Shown: positions 42,920-56,093, counted from the stretch's first letter. The stretch is 64,000 nt of DNA from Octopus vulgaris (GCA_951406725.2 OX597825.1:65658001-65722000), one strand, 5' to 3'. Program-made: numbers and translations. Notes: generated by a model not told the origin, from the letters alone.

Positions 42920-43200
42920 TCATCATCATCATCATCATCATTTAACGTCCGTTTTTCATGCTAGCATGGGTTGGACGGTTCGACCGGGATCTGGGAAGCC
43001 AGGAGGCTGCACCAGGCTCCAGTCTGATCTGGCAGTGTTTCTACAGCTGGATGCCCTTCCTAAGTCCAACCACTCCGTGAGTGTAGTGGGTGTTTTTTAT
43101 GTGCCACCGGCACAGGGGCCAGAGGAGGCTGGCAAACGGCCACAATCAGTTAGTGCTTTTACGCGTCACCGACATGGATACCAGTCAGGCAGCGCTGGTG
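42920..43200 (-). mobile_element. SINE-like family C
   Basis: family motifs. Confidence 0.8.
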
Positions 43201-43209
43201 TGCAGATAA

Positions 43210-44030
43210 TATCAAAACCCCAGTACTTGACTGGTACTTTATTTTATCGACCTGGTGGGATGAAAGCTCATCATGACAGTTTATGAACCCAGAACATAAG
43301 GAACTGGAACAGTAGCTTGCAGCATTTTTTCTGACACTCCAGCAATTCAGTGGATACACCACATTAGGTATTATTATTGTTATGCATAAAACAGCAAGCT
43401 GGCAGAATCATTAGCATTTGCTGGGCAAAATGCTTTGTGGCATTTTGTTCATCTTAAGGTTCTGAGTTCAAATTCTGCTGAGGTCAACTTTGCCTTTCAT
43501 CCTTTCAGGGTTGGTAAAATATGTACCACCTGAGTACTAGGGTCGATGTAATCGACTATACATGCCCTCCCCAAAAATTTCAGCTTTGTGCCTATAGTAG
43601 AGAAAGGATTACTATTGTTATGCATGAGGCAACGAGCTGGCAGAATAGTCAGCATGCTGAGTAAACTGCTCAGTAACAGTTCATCCATCTTGGCATTCTG
43701 AGTTCAAATTCCACCAAGGTTGACTTTGCTTTTCATCCATGTGGGGGTTGTCCAGCATGCTAATGATTCTGCCAGCTTGCCTCCTGATCAATAATGATAA
43801 CAAGAATAATAATAATCCTTTCTATTATAGGCACAAGGCCTGAAATTTGTGGGGAGGGGTTAAGTCGATTACACCGACCCCAGTACTCAACTGGTACTTA
43901 ATTTGTCAACCTTGAATGGATGAAAGGCAAAGCCGGCCTCGGCAGAATTTGAACTCAGAACATGGTGACGGGCAGAATACTGTGGAGCATTTCATCCAGC
44001 ATGCTAACAACTCTGCCAGCATGTCACTTG
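43210..44030. mobile_element. cluster of SINE family B copies in both orientations
   Basis: - copy at about 43210-43370, + copies at 43393-43610 and 43628-43745, - copies at 43750-43782 and 43815-44030. Confidence 0.8.
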
Positions 44031-44063
44031 ATCAATAATAATAATAGCAATAATAATAATAAC

Positions 44064-44098
<35 letters not shown>

Positions 44099-44585
44099 TG
44101 ATGATAATAATAATAATAATGCAAAAAGATAGATAATAATAATAATAGAAAAAGAAAAATTTTAATAATTTAGATTAGTATTTTGTGTTTTACATGGCAT
44201 ATGAATTTAAAACAACATATGTTACACATCAAAATAACAACTCATTTAGAAAATTTACATTTAAACTTCAATGCAGTTCGTGTAAATCTTACTCAACATA
44301 GAAATGCCGTAAAACAATCTTGCTGATGTTGTGAACGTCCATCCTTTAATTGATGTCATCTGGCTTACGTGTTAAATATTTATCTTCTTCCCCTTATCGT
44401 TCTGTTGCCCAGGTTATCTTACTGTGTTTATCTCAAGCAATCTCTTTTTTAATCTTTTCAACTACTAGCTTACATTATAAATTTTTTTTGCATTTTGTAT
44501 ACAAACATATATACACATGTATATACACATTTCATACTCACAAACACACACCACACACATATAAATATATATACATACTTATAAA

Positions 44586-44797
44586 AGCAGTGAGCTGCCA
44601 GATTCGTTAGCATGCCGAGCAAAATGCTTAGTGATCTCTCATCCGTCTTCACTTCATGAGATCAAATTCTGCCAAGGTTGACTTTGCCTTCCATCCTTTC
44701 AGGGTCGATAAATTAAATACCAGTTACGCACTGGGGTTGATGTAATTGACTATCCCACTCCTCCAAATTTCAGGCCTTGTGTCTATAGTAGAAGGCA
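44586..44797 (+). mobile_element. SINE family B
   Basis: family motifs. Confidence 0.8.
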
Positions 44798-44800
44798 TAT

Positions 44801-45113
44801 TTCTTCTTCTTCTTCTTCTTCTTCTTCTTCTTCTTCTTCTTCTTCTTCTTCTTCTTCTTCTTCTTCTTCTTCTTCTTCTTCTTCTTCTTCTTCTTCTTCT
44901 TCTTCTTCTTCTTCTTCTTCTTCTTCTTCTTCTTCTTCTTCTTCTTCTTCTTCTTCTTCATCCTCCTCTTCTTCTTCTTCTTCTTCTTCTTCTTCTTCTT
45001 CTTCTTCTTCTTCTTCTTCTTCTTCTTCTTCTTCTTCTTCTTCTTCTTCTTCTTCTTCTTCTTCTTCCTTCTTCTTCTTCTTCTTCTTCTTCTTCTTCAT
45101 CCTCCTCTTCCCT

Positions 45114-45141
<28 letters not shown>
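44801..45141. repeat. (TTC)n/(GAA)n tract of about 340 bp
   Basis: direct reading; few interruptions. Confidence 0.95.
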
Positions 45142-45182
<41 letters not shown>

Positions 45183-45284
45183 TTGTTGAGCCTTTCACGC
45201 ATGCTCAGTTTCTTTATTTATTGTATGTGCAGTCACACTTTTTTACTCACCCACTCTCTCTTTTTTCTTTCTCTCTCACTCTCC

Positions 45285-45330
<46 letters not shown>

Positions 45331-45579
45331 CCTCCTTCTTCTCTCTCAGCTGCAAGCTTCTATTTACACTATCAAAATCATATTTTCATCCATTTCATTT
45401 GTTTTTATTGCTGTTTTGCTGAGGTATTTCTAACAAGCATACTACGTATGTACAATTAGGTACATACACACACAAACACATTTATAGTGTTTGTGTTTGC
45501 TGAGAATTGAACCCAGGCTAGCTGCATGACAGGTGATCATGCTACAACATTCATATATGAACACAAATATAATACACAT

Positions 45580-45610
<31 letters not shown>

Positions 45611-45786
45611 CTTTATTTAAAGCAGCAGAAAATTCTATAAAACCTGTTACTCTGAGTTTCGTGAAACTCAGAGTAACAGGTTTTGTAGAATTTTCTGCTG
45701 CTTTAAATAAAGCATATTACTCTACCACTGGTATTTGAGTACTCTTTTTTTCCACCTTGTTTCACATTTATGTGTTTACTCCGGTA
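45611..45786 (+). mobile_element. fold-back PLE pLTR unit; palindrome 45611-45712 with its apex at the HHR GAAAC
   Basis: ...ttactctgagtttc-gt-gaaactcagagtaa...; same family as 9478-9640. Confidence 0.8.
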
Positions 45787-46439
45787 GATATATATATAGA
45801 AAATTTTATAATTCTTAAATAATCATAATAGACGGTACACGAAGTACCAGCTTGCTAGAAATAAGAGTCCATTTATGACAAAACCTTTTCAGTTAACTCT
45901 TGCGAAAACCCACACATCTGATATGTATATCTCACACATCTTATATGTATGCCTGCAGGAAGTTTACAACTCAGAATATATATAAATATATATATATTGG
46001 AATGTGTGTATACGTGTGTATATATATGTATGTATATTTGTGCATACGTATATATGCATATAATGAAAGTTTCTGTTCTGGGATTTTGTGATTGCTATCT
46101 CCTTTGCTATCATATGCTTGCATGTAGAGCTCTCATACACACATACATGTAAGTACAGATACATATATTGATTCACATTCATTCATCCATATACATCTTA
46201 ATATTAAACATGAGAGAAGGAGAGATCAAGAGAAACATAGTGGAAGAGAGGAGGAGGAAAGCAAAGATGAGGTGAGATGGAGGAGCAATGTTTGATGGAT
46301 AAATCTGGAAAATTGGAAAACCTGGAAGTGTTTGGGAAAACATGCTAGAGAAAAAGAACCTACAAATACAAAATATAACTATCTCTCAAGGGCAAGGAGC
46401 ATGCAAAGAAAATGGGAACTATAGATGTGGTGATATCTA

Positions 46440-47456
46440 GTACCAGAGTATTAATTTTCTTTTGTGTATGCAAGGATAAAGATCTCTGTCTTCACATTAA
46501 GAAACAAGTTTGTTTCCACAAAATCCTTAGAATTATGCAATTTTCTGTTATGCAAAGCTAGCAGATCTTTGTAGTATTCATGTATGGTCAGGATTTTCCA
46601 GTGATTCTGAAATCTGAACCATGTATTTTAATTGCCAGATGAAGCTTGCAATGTTTGTTGATGTTTTTAAATATCGAATTATTATTAAGTAATCTCTGAA
46701 GGTGGCAAGCTGATAGAATCATTAGTACACTGGGCAGAATGCTTAGTGGCATTTTGCCTATCTTCATGTTATGAGTTCAAATTCCCCTGGGGTCAACTTT
46801 GTCTTTAATTCTTTTGGGGTCGATAAATTAACAACCAGTGAAACATTGGGTTCGATGTAATCAATTAGTCGCTTAGAGTATTATTTAGTAATCACTGCTT
46901 GCAGGAACTTTTGTTTAATCTGATATATCATTTTTGAATGGTGTTCTATTTCTCATCCATAGACTTGATTTCTGCTTCATTAAAGAGGCCTTGATGTTAC
47001 TTGTTCCATTCAGAGGACATACTGTAGCATCCTTGCAAGAATGTCCAGCCTCAGCCGTAGGGATTAGGGTTAGGATTAAATACCATGTTGCACATTTGGA
47101 GCACAACTGAAGATTATCTTAACAGTGCTTCTATTGAACAACTTCCTGTATTGCATTCTTGTAAGAATTGCCTAATTTTTTATTTATTAAATTAAGGAAT
47201 TATTCTAGAACTAACGTTGAATGGCAAGAGATTACAAACAAAATGACCCACTTGTGCCTCATTTTTCAAATGGTGCTGTGAGTGGAATTGTAAGGGATAT
47301 TATGTTTTAATCCACTGACCTTGAGACATCATTGCCATAAGGATTATGACTTATTGATGATCTCTTTGCTGGATAATAGTCTGGGAGATCTTATGCTTAT
47401 TTCTTCCTCAAAGAAGCCACATGCAGGTAAGCATTGTCAAACAGATCTATAAAGAA
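46440..47456 (-). pseudogene. decayed PLE thumb/linker plus GIY-YIG endonuclease, split by a SINE
   Basis: QYRKLFNRSTVKIIFSCAPN, HSCKDATVCPLNG, STNIASFIWQLK, KIC*LCITE, LNVKTEIF..CIHKRKL align by eye with 1447-2103. Confidence 0.8.
46698..46870 (+). mobile_element. SINE family B inserted into a PLE remnant
   Basis: family motifs. Confidence 0.8.
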
Positions 47457-47457
47457 A

Positions 47458-47853
47458 CTAGCAGTATTTCCCGGCGTTGCTCGGGTTTGTTTTCTTTTCG
47501 ATCCTTTAGAATTGGAATTTTTGAAAAGAAAAAAATTTGCATTATGTGGCTTGTCATTCTCTTTAAGTGAACATTTTTCTGGTTGAAATACACTGAAAAA
47601 TGGCGACACAGCAGTAAAAAAATCGTAGAAAATAGGAATTTTCATAGAAAAAAAGTACCTTTTTGATGTAAATAATTTTTGATGTTAACATGGTCCGATT
47701 TGAATTTTTTCCTCTACAGAAGGAAGAGCAAGCCTTCTTCTATCATACACTCAATTTTGGTCAACTTGTGCCGCAGGGTCTCGGAGGAGATAGTGTTAAT
47801 TGAAGGCTACCAAACCTGCCATACACAGACAACTTCAGCTTTATACATATAGA
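47458..47853 (-). mobile_element. non-autonomous Helitron
   Basis: on the minus strand A|TC start, 3' hairpin CCCGAGCAACGCCGGG about 8 nt before a CTAG|T end, no TSD. Confidence 0.8.
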
Positions 47854-48054
47854 TATAACACACCCTTATGTAGTGTATTGAGTTTATGTTTATTCCTTAT
47901 ATTTTATGATTTAATTTTGAATTTATTACAAAATTTCTTGGCAATAGCATCATTACTTATTGATTTCCAAAGAGACAATCATGGGGTCATTTAATGTTTA
48001 GCAGGAAAAAGGAAAAAGGGAATGTATATAACTCAATGCAGAACAAATATCAAT

Positions 48055-48370
48055 ACTCTTTACTCTTTTACTTGTTTCAGTCATTTGGCTGCGGCCATGC
48101 TGGAGCACCGCCTTTAATCGAGCAACTCGACCCTGGGACTTATTCTTTTGTAAGTCCAGTACTTATTCTATCGGTCTCTTTTGCCGAACCGCTAAGTAAC
48201 GGAGACATAAACACACCAGCATCGGTTGTCAAGCAATGCTAGGGGGTGACTTCATTCAAAAAGTGATGAGTTATCAGATTTCTAGCTGGTATTTATATCA
48301 TTCACTGATACATAAGAAGGGAAAGACTCACATACACATATATATCTATATACATATATATATGTATGTG

Positions 48371-48443
<73 letters not shown>

Positions 48444-48815
48444 TCTTTTTACTCTTTTACTCTTTTACTTGTTTCAGTCATTTGACTGCGGCCATGCTGG
48501 AGCACCACCTTTTAGTACTTATTCTATCGGTCTCTTTTTGCCGAACCGCTAAGTGACGGGGACCTAAACACACCAGCATCGGTTGTCAAGCAATGCTAGG
48601 GGGACAAACACAGACACACAAACACACACACATATACATATATATACATATATACGACAGGCTTCTTTCAGTTTCCGTCTACCAAATCCACTCACAAGGC
48701 ATTGGTCGGCCCGGGGCTATAGCAGAAGACACTTGCCCAAGATGCCACGCAGTGGGACTGAACCCGCAACCGTGTGGTTTGTTAGCAAGCTACTTACCAC
48801 ACAGCCACTCCTGCG

Positions 48816-48817
<2 letters not shown>
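48055..48817 (-). mobile_element. two SINE family A copies (3' part at 48055-48245, long copy at 48445-48817)
   Basis: family motifs with low divergence. Confidence 0.85.
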
Positions 48818-48857
<40 letters not shown>

Positions 48858-49042
48858 TATATATATGTTTATATATGTGTGTATGTGTATATATATATAT
48901 GTAAAATATGTATATACCTTAAAAGAAATATATGTTACATACACACATGATATTTTCTTCATTGCTTCTGTATATTAGATTCTGCTCACAATCTATTGAT
49001 CAACTAGATATTGTCATAGAAGGAACTGAAAGAAGCTTATCA

Positions 49043-49073
<31 letters not shown>

Positions 49074-49370
49074 ACAGAGAGAAAGATGTATATATGTATT
49101 TATGTATGTATATATTGTGTGTTACTGCCTCCTTGCTGTGACATCAAGTGATAGCTGTAAATGAATGTCGCTGTTATCCAGTCTTCCATGAAAAACATGT
49201 CTGGTCATGAGGAAATATTATCTTGCTGGGAAACAGGTGAGGATTGTTGACAGGAAGGACATCTGGACACAGAAAATATGCTTCAGCAAATTCCGTCCAA
49301 CCCTGATGAGTATGGAAAGTGGGTTTAAAATAATGACGGTCATAAATATATACATATATATATATATATA

Positions 49371-49618
49371 TGGTAAAAACGATATGATAACAAAAGAAAG
49401 AAAGAGACCTCAATATTATGTAAATAGAGGAAATTTATCTGTAAATTAATATGTTACCATTATTCAATAGTCAAGATAAAACTCTGAGTTTCAGATGCCA
49501 AAGTGGAAATTCAGATGGCCAGATAACCGAAGTGACGGTGTTGTGGATTTCCACTTCGGCATCTGAAACTCAGAGTTTTATCTTCACTATTGAATAATGG
49601 TAACATATTAATTTACAG

Positions 49619-49621
<3 letters not shown>
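49371..49621. mobile_element. fold-back PLE pLTR (family of 1324-2370)
   Basis: arms 49436-49513 / 49544-49621; (TA)n on both sides. Confidence 0.85.
49521..49583 (+). ncRNA. minimal type I hammerhead (CCGAAGU core variant)
   Basis: AGAUAA-CCGAAGU-GACG..CAUC-U-GAAA-CUC-A-GAG-U-U-UUAUCU; 6-bp stem I. Confidence 0.7.
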
Positions 49622-49669
<48 letters not shown>

Positions 49670-49676
<7 letters not shown>

Positions 49677-50008
49677 TTAGAGATAAAACCACTATTAGGC
49701 AAATCATACAATGAAAAACTTAAGCCAATACATATGATTAATTAATTTATATTATTTAAATATATATCAAAATTATTAAAAAAGATAATTAGTGTTATAT
49801 TAATTATCTTTTTTTAATAATTTTGATATATATTTAAATAATATAAATTAATTAATCATATGTATTGGCTTAAGTTTTTCATTGTATGATTTGCCTAATA
49901 GTGGTGTTATCTCTAATTTAATATAATATAATATTTTACTATAAAATTGGATTCAATCCTAAATCTGATATTTCCCTGTAAGTTTGGATTTATTCCCTAA
50001 TATTTTAT
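49670..50008. repeat. near-perfect palindrome 49670-49922 (about 120-bp arms) plus a tail shared with about 12251 and about 19446
   Basis: attaaattagagataaaaccactattaggc.. / ..gcctaatagtggtgttatctctaatttaat; tail ttccctgtaagtttgga. Confidence 0.9.
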
Positions 50009-50359
50009 TATATATATATATATATATATGTATATGTATATGTGTGTGTGCATGTACATATGTATGTATGTAAGTATGTATATATAAATGTATGTATGTT
50101 CGTATGTATGTATGAATGTATGTATGTGTGTATGTATGTATGTTTTTATATTCAGTTATTATAAAAATAAATTTTACATTAATATGATGGGTGACTATAC
50201 TTTGGTAGAGTACAAATTTACTATTCTTATGCAAAAATAGTGTTGACAGTAACTTTGAAGTGTCAGCCATCTAAGCCATCAATCCGACGATGGCTTAGTT
50301 GGGTGAAACTTCGAAGTTACTGTCAGCATCATCCTTGTATAAGAATAATATATGCCACT

Positions 50360-50705
50360 GTGTATCACCTTGGGCAAGTATCTTCTACTATAGCCTTGGG
50401 CCGACCAAAGCCTTGTGAATATATTTAGTAGATAGAAACTGAAAGAAGCCCGTCGTATATACATATATGTGTGTGTGTGTGTGCGTGTGTTTGTGTGTCT
50501 GTGTTTGTCCCACCCCCACCACTGCTTGACGACCGATGTTGGTCTGTTTATGTTTCCATAACTTAGCAGTTCTGCAAAAGAGAGCAATAGAATAAGTACT
50601 AGTCTCACAAAGAATAAGTCCTGGGATCGATTTGTTCAACTAAAGGTGGTGCTCCAGCATGGTCACAGTCAAATGACTGAAAGAGATAATAGAATAAAAG
50701 AATAA
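50360..50705 (+). mobile_element. SINE family A
   Basis: family motifs. Confidence 0.8.
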
Positions 50706-51379
50706 AATGCCAATTATGGTAAAGGTAATTTTTTTAAAATATTAAATTCCTTACCAAAAATTCTAGTATCTAGGCCTTACCAAGCGTATATTTCCATGCT
50801 TGCCTGTTGCATGTAAGTGTGTACATGTGCATTTGTACGTGTGTGTGTGTGTGTGTGCACGCATGTGCGCTCATGCATGCATGTTTTTATGTTGTTACTG
50901 ATGGATTATCCTACAGCATATTGCATGAATTTGTGCAACAAGTGTTTTCACACCTGAAGCCACATTTCATATTTATTTCCCAACTATAATTACTTGCTTA
51001 AGAACTTCATGCTGTTACCTTTTATTACACCTGAATGATGCAATCAACATGCTTTGCCAGCAGGATTGGAAAAACTGTATTTTTGTTTTCCATTTGATTT
51101 TCCACTTAACTCATAAAAGTTGTTTCAACTGAACCCAATGTCTGTGTAAGTTTTACATGTGTGTTTTATACTTTGTTTGCATGCTGTTGCTATGGTTTGT
51201 GTTTATTTTTACTTATATTTATTTGCTAGAATTTTGTTTATTATCATTATCATTTTTATTGGGTTTTTTTCGTTTCCTTTGTTTATATGTTTTCCTATAT
51301 AATTCCATACTCCATTATTTTGTACTGTCCTCAATATTTTTAGCAACACTTGTAGTTAATAGTATAATATATATGATCA

Positions 51380-52680
51380 TTCCACCGAGATCAACGTTGC
51401 CTTTCATCCTTTCGAGGTCAATAAATTAAGTACCAGTTGCATGCTGGGGTTGATGTAATCATTTGGCCCCCCTCCCCAAAAATTTCGGGCCTTGTGCCTA
51501 GAGTAGAAAAGAATATATATGATCATTATTATTATTGGGAAGTTAGAGGGATCATTACCACAGAGTACAAAATGCTTAGCAGTATTTCTGTAGTGTTCTT
51601 TATGTTTTGAGTTTAATTTAATTTGATTTTTAATTGTTTCAGGGTTATCGAAATAAGAACCAAACTAGCCTCACCCTACAAAATTTCAGGCCTTGTGCCA
51701 ATATTAGAAGGGATTATTATTTTTGGTGAGCTAGCCAAATCATTATCACACTAGACAAAATTTTTATTAGCATTTTGTCTGGTTCTATATAATCTTAGTT
51801 CAAATTCCACCGAGGTTAACTTTGCTTGCTATCTTTACATATTCAATGAAATAAGTACCAATTAAATTCTTTCATGCCTTGACCCCATAGAAGAAAAAAT
51901 TATTATTATAATTTCTATGTTAGCATGTTGAGCAAAATGCTTTGTTATATTTCATTGGTCTTTACATTCTGAGTTCAAATTCCACCAAGGTTGACTTTAT
52001 TTTCTATCTTTACATAGTTGATGCATGGTCAAAAAAAAAAGTTCTAGTTAAAACACTTACCACAAAATTTCAGGCTTTGTACTCATAACAGAAACAATTA
52101 TTATTATTTTTATGTTAGCATGCTGGGCAAAATGCTTAGCAGTATTTCATCCATGTGGTAATAAGGTGGTGAGCTGGCAGAAACGTTAGCATGCCGGGTG
52201 AAATGCGTAGCCGTATTTCGTCTGCCGTTACGTTCTGAGTTCAAATTCCACCGAGGTCAACTTTGCCTTTCATCCTTTCAGGGTCGATTAAATAAGTACC
52301 AGTTACACACTGAGGTCGATATAATCGACTTAATCCGTTTGTCTGTCCTTGTTTGTCCCTTCTGTGTTTAGCCCCTTATGGGTAGTAAAGAAAGAGGTAT
52401 TTGATCCATCTTTACATTTTCTGCTCAAATTCTGCCGAGGTTGTACATCACTTTGGACTATTCCAATTCTACTGTTGGTTTCAAATTTTGGTACAAGGCC
52501 AGCAATTTCAGGAAAGAGTGAAGTTGATTACAAAAGTCCCAATGTTCAACTGATACTTAATTTATTGCCCTTGAAAGGATGAAAGGCAAAATCGAACTCA
52601 GCAGATTTTGAATTCAGGATATATAGACAGACAAAATGCTGCTAACCATTTTGTCCAGTATGCTAACAACTCACCACTTT
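51380..52680. mobile_element. cluster of SINE family B copies (mostly +, last copy -)
   Basis: repeated gagttcaaattccacc(g/a)agg core. Confidence 0.75.
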
Positions 52681-52712
52681 ATTCCAATTCTAATTCTTAA
52701 GTTCATCATTGT

Positions 52713-52985
52713 CATCATTTAACGTCCACTTTCCATGCTAGCATGAGTTGGACGATTTCACAGAAGACTGGCAAACCAGATGGCTGCACCAGGCTCCAAT
52801 CTGATCTGGCAGAGTTTCTACAGCTGGATGCTCTTCCTAACACCAACCATTCTGAGAGTGTAATAGGTGCTTTTATGTGCCACCGGCACGAGGGCCAGTC
52901 AAGCAGTACTGGCAATGGCCATGCTCAAATGGTGTTTTTTACATGCCACCTGCACAGGAGCCAGTCCAGCAGCACTGGCAATAAC
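52713..52985 (-). mobile_element. SINE-like family C
   Basis: family motifs. Confidence 0.8.
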
Positions 52986-53947
52986 CTAGTCCAACTCAGT
53001 CTCAAACTTTGGAACACCCAGCTACCTTTATGTTGACATAATACACAGGTATTACAGTTGATCAACCAGGTGAATTCTCATCATTTACGTCACTAGAGAC
53101 TCATTATTTTCCTTATTTTGGTCTGTAATCTCAATGAATATCTTATAGAAGTCTTACTAAATGTGACATTTATATAATTTCCAAGCAGTGATGTTGAAAT
53201 AAGTTCCAGCTATAATATTTTACCAATAATTGGTTCAGACTATTTACATATCTCACTTGTAATCTCTTCTTCATGTTATGGCAAAAATATAATCTGTCTT
53301 TTTTATATTGCTGTAATTTTTTTTATGTGTGTGTGTTCTACAAGTCTTTTAGTACAATTAATATTGTACAAAGAATTAAATATCATCATTGAAAGAATTC
53401 AATCAATCGTTTCCGCTAGAATAATGGTAATAGAATGAATTTTCTATAATGTAAGGTAAATGTTTGTGCAAAAGAAAAAAAGTAAGATAATAATAATGAA
53501 ATAAAATGTAAAAAATAATAATGAAATATGAAGAAAAAATATATTTGGAGCTGTTCTGAAATGTTTATTGGAAAAGCTAATGTTTTATGCTAAAGTTTTA
53601 TGAAAGAATGTATATAAAAAAAAGTCTCAGCTCCTTACACAATAAACTCTGTAGCTTGCAATAGTGTATATAAGATTTTTATGTTAGAACTGATTGGATA
53701 GAATCAGTATGAGAAGGCATCCAACTAAAACACATTTTTAACAATTTGTACAGAAATAGTTGACTTTAGAATCTATACTGACTAACACATACATTCAGTT
53801 GTACATACATACACACACACACGCATGTATATTAATGTTTGTTTTTATGCTAAGTTACAATAAAAACAGTTTTACATTAAACTGAAGGATTACTCAATAC
53901 TTTTTATTGATATTATCTTATGCATCTATCTTTCATATGTATGTATA

Positions 53948-54011
<64 letters not shown>

Positions 54012-54465
54012 TACATACATACAGACATACATACATACATACCTACATACATACATACTTACATACATACATACATACATACATCCACATATGCATATAT
54101 ATATATATATACAGTTATACCATTTACATAATACGTAATATGTAAGCACATAAAAACAACATGTATAATATATGCATAAAATATAAATAATAGTATGTAT
54201 ACATACAATAGATAAATACATATACATTTATATATATTTATACATACTTCAGGGCAAAGAAAAAAAAAACAAATACCAAATTAGCTAATGAAGGCATCAG
54301 ATTGAATCATTAGAACATCAAACAAGATGCCCTGTAGTATCTGTTTTGTCTGTTTGTGTAACGAAGGGGATACTTGTGATGGTAGGGCCTACCTGAATCA
54401 GTTTTGCTTGCCTTACTCTTGGAAGGTTTCACAAGTGTGGGAAGAAGGAACATGAAAAACCCCCC

Positions 54466-54575
54466 GTCTTCTTTCCAACTCATCAACAAAATTAATGCAA
54501 CTAAGTTGGCTAGGCATGCATGGGGTTTGAAGAAATCTTATGCAAGCCTGCCCTTTCAAGAATAAATTTCCAAAT
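54466..54575 (+). pseudogene. internally deleted PLE GIY-YIG fragment
   Basis: SSFQLINKINATKLARHAWGLK is close to the minus-strand copy at about 56835-56905; followed by NLMQACPFKNKF. Confidence 0.65.
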
Positions 54576-55046
54576 AGAAAGGAACTTTCCTTGTGCACTA
54601 CAATTCTCAATACTGATTAACGAAGGCTTTGTATGCATGTATATGTCTGTATTTAAGCATTTATGCTCGTATGTGTATATATGTATTATGTATGTATGTG
54701 TTTATGTATACATGTATGCATGTGTGTGTGTCTGTATTTATGTACATGTGTGTATGCATGCATGTATATGACTGCATGTATTCATATATGTATACAAGTG
54801 TATGTATATATGTACGAGTCTGTACGTGTATGTAAATGTATATTTATATATTTGTATGTAAGCATACATATATTTATGTAAAAATATATATATGTCTATG
54901 AATGAATGCTTGCATTTATATATGTTTTTGTTGAGGGTACATTTATTTCAGTTTATTACTTCACACAATTCAAGCAGGTCAAACTGGCAAAGTTCCTTTC
55001 TGGTTTTCAGAACTGGTCAGTGTATATATATATATATATATATGAT

Positions 55047-55221
55047 AGATTGTTAGCCACTACACACATTTTTTTCTCTCCTTGTTTTTTCTGTGTCCCT
55101 TTCTGTAGAAGTGCGTAGGCTCGAAACGAAAAAGACTTGTTCTATTCCTGAGCATTATACTAATACATCTGTTTGTTTTGTACACCACCTGTTTTCGTCT
55201 TTTGTTTTTTTCGTAAACTCT

Positions 55222-55225
<4 letters not shown>
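55047..55225 (+). mobile_element. about 180-bp HHR-bearing unit (second copy of 13282-13463)
   Basis: same ends and internal sequence, flanked by (TA)n. Confidence 0.75.
55099..55134 (+). ncRNA. minimal hammerhead-like motif with CUGUAGA core (A6U)
   Basis: CUUU-CUGUAGA-A-GUGC(GUAG)GCUC-GAAAC-GA-A-AAAG. Confidence 0.6.
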
Positions 55226-55285
<60 letters not shown>

Positions 55286-55803
55286 GTGTAGATAAACTTG
55301 CACACACATAGTGTATGACAATTTAATAGAAACGTGCATGTACTTCATTACTGTTCCTCTGTGTATATGTCTATGTGTCTCTTGCATATGCTCATATGGT
55401 CATGTGTATGTGATCAGCCCAAGAACCTCAAATAGAGAATCTGCGAAACGTTACAAATTTTTACTGAACCACTAATCAATTGTATTTGGGGAACGTAAGT
55501 CAGTTTGCTCTCTACTTTTTTAGAAGAACGTCAGCATTTCGAGGATTTTATCGAAATCTATTGTTACATAACTCAGTGCACTTGTGACAATAGATACAAA
55601 TGAAGATCTTTAAATTGAATATGAGAACTGTAAATTTGTCATTAGTTCTCCTAGATGTTCTTTTCCCCAAGTTTTGATGAGATATTCACGTTTAGTACAT
55701 GACTTTCACTCCTTGCTTCCTAGAACAATGTCTAACATATTGTATTTACAACTGGTTGTTGATTTTATTGGTATTTATATATGCATATGTATGTTTGCAA
55801 ATG

Positions 55804-55842
<39 letters not shown>

Positions 55843-56052
55843 CTGTTCATTTACCGGAAGCAATAAATTATAGGACTCAATACAAATATAGTGTATTCTT
55901 TAATGCATCGTAAGTGAAAGGCTCCAATTTCACAAAGGTTTTAAACAAAAGAATATAGAATATAAGGATAAATGTTTTCTTCAAACTTTTGTTTCATATT
56001 TTTCAAAAATATTCAAACAGTGAATATTTCAAAGGAAAATTTAGGCTTGGTT

Positions 56053-56093
56053 CACCAACTGATGATTCGAAACAAGGAACTCTGAGTGCTGGT
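56053..56093 (+). ncRNA. degenerate hammerhead-like motif
   Basis: ACCAA-CUGAUGA...GAA-CUC-U-GAG-U-G-CUGGU; downstream aattagagcctttca has an inverted counterpart at about 55915. Confidence 0.4.

Noticed and set aside
44746-45202. Poly-Leu/Lys/Glu ORFs
   Set aside because: Translation of (TTC)n.
49301-49330. CTGATGA...GAAA motif
   Set aside because: It is a mutated family C tail (cccatgctagcatggaaagcgg) with no stems.
55418-55500. Segment ending in a consensus GTAAGT donor
   Set aside because: All three frames contain stops, so no coding exon can be supported.
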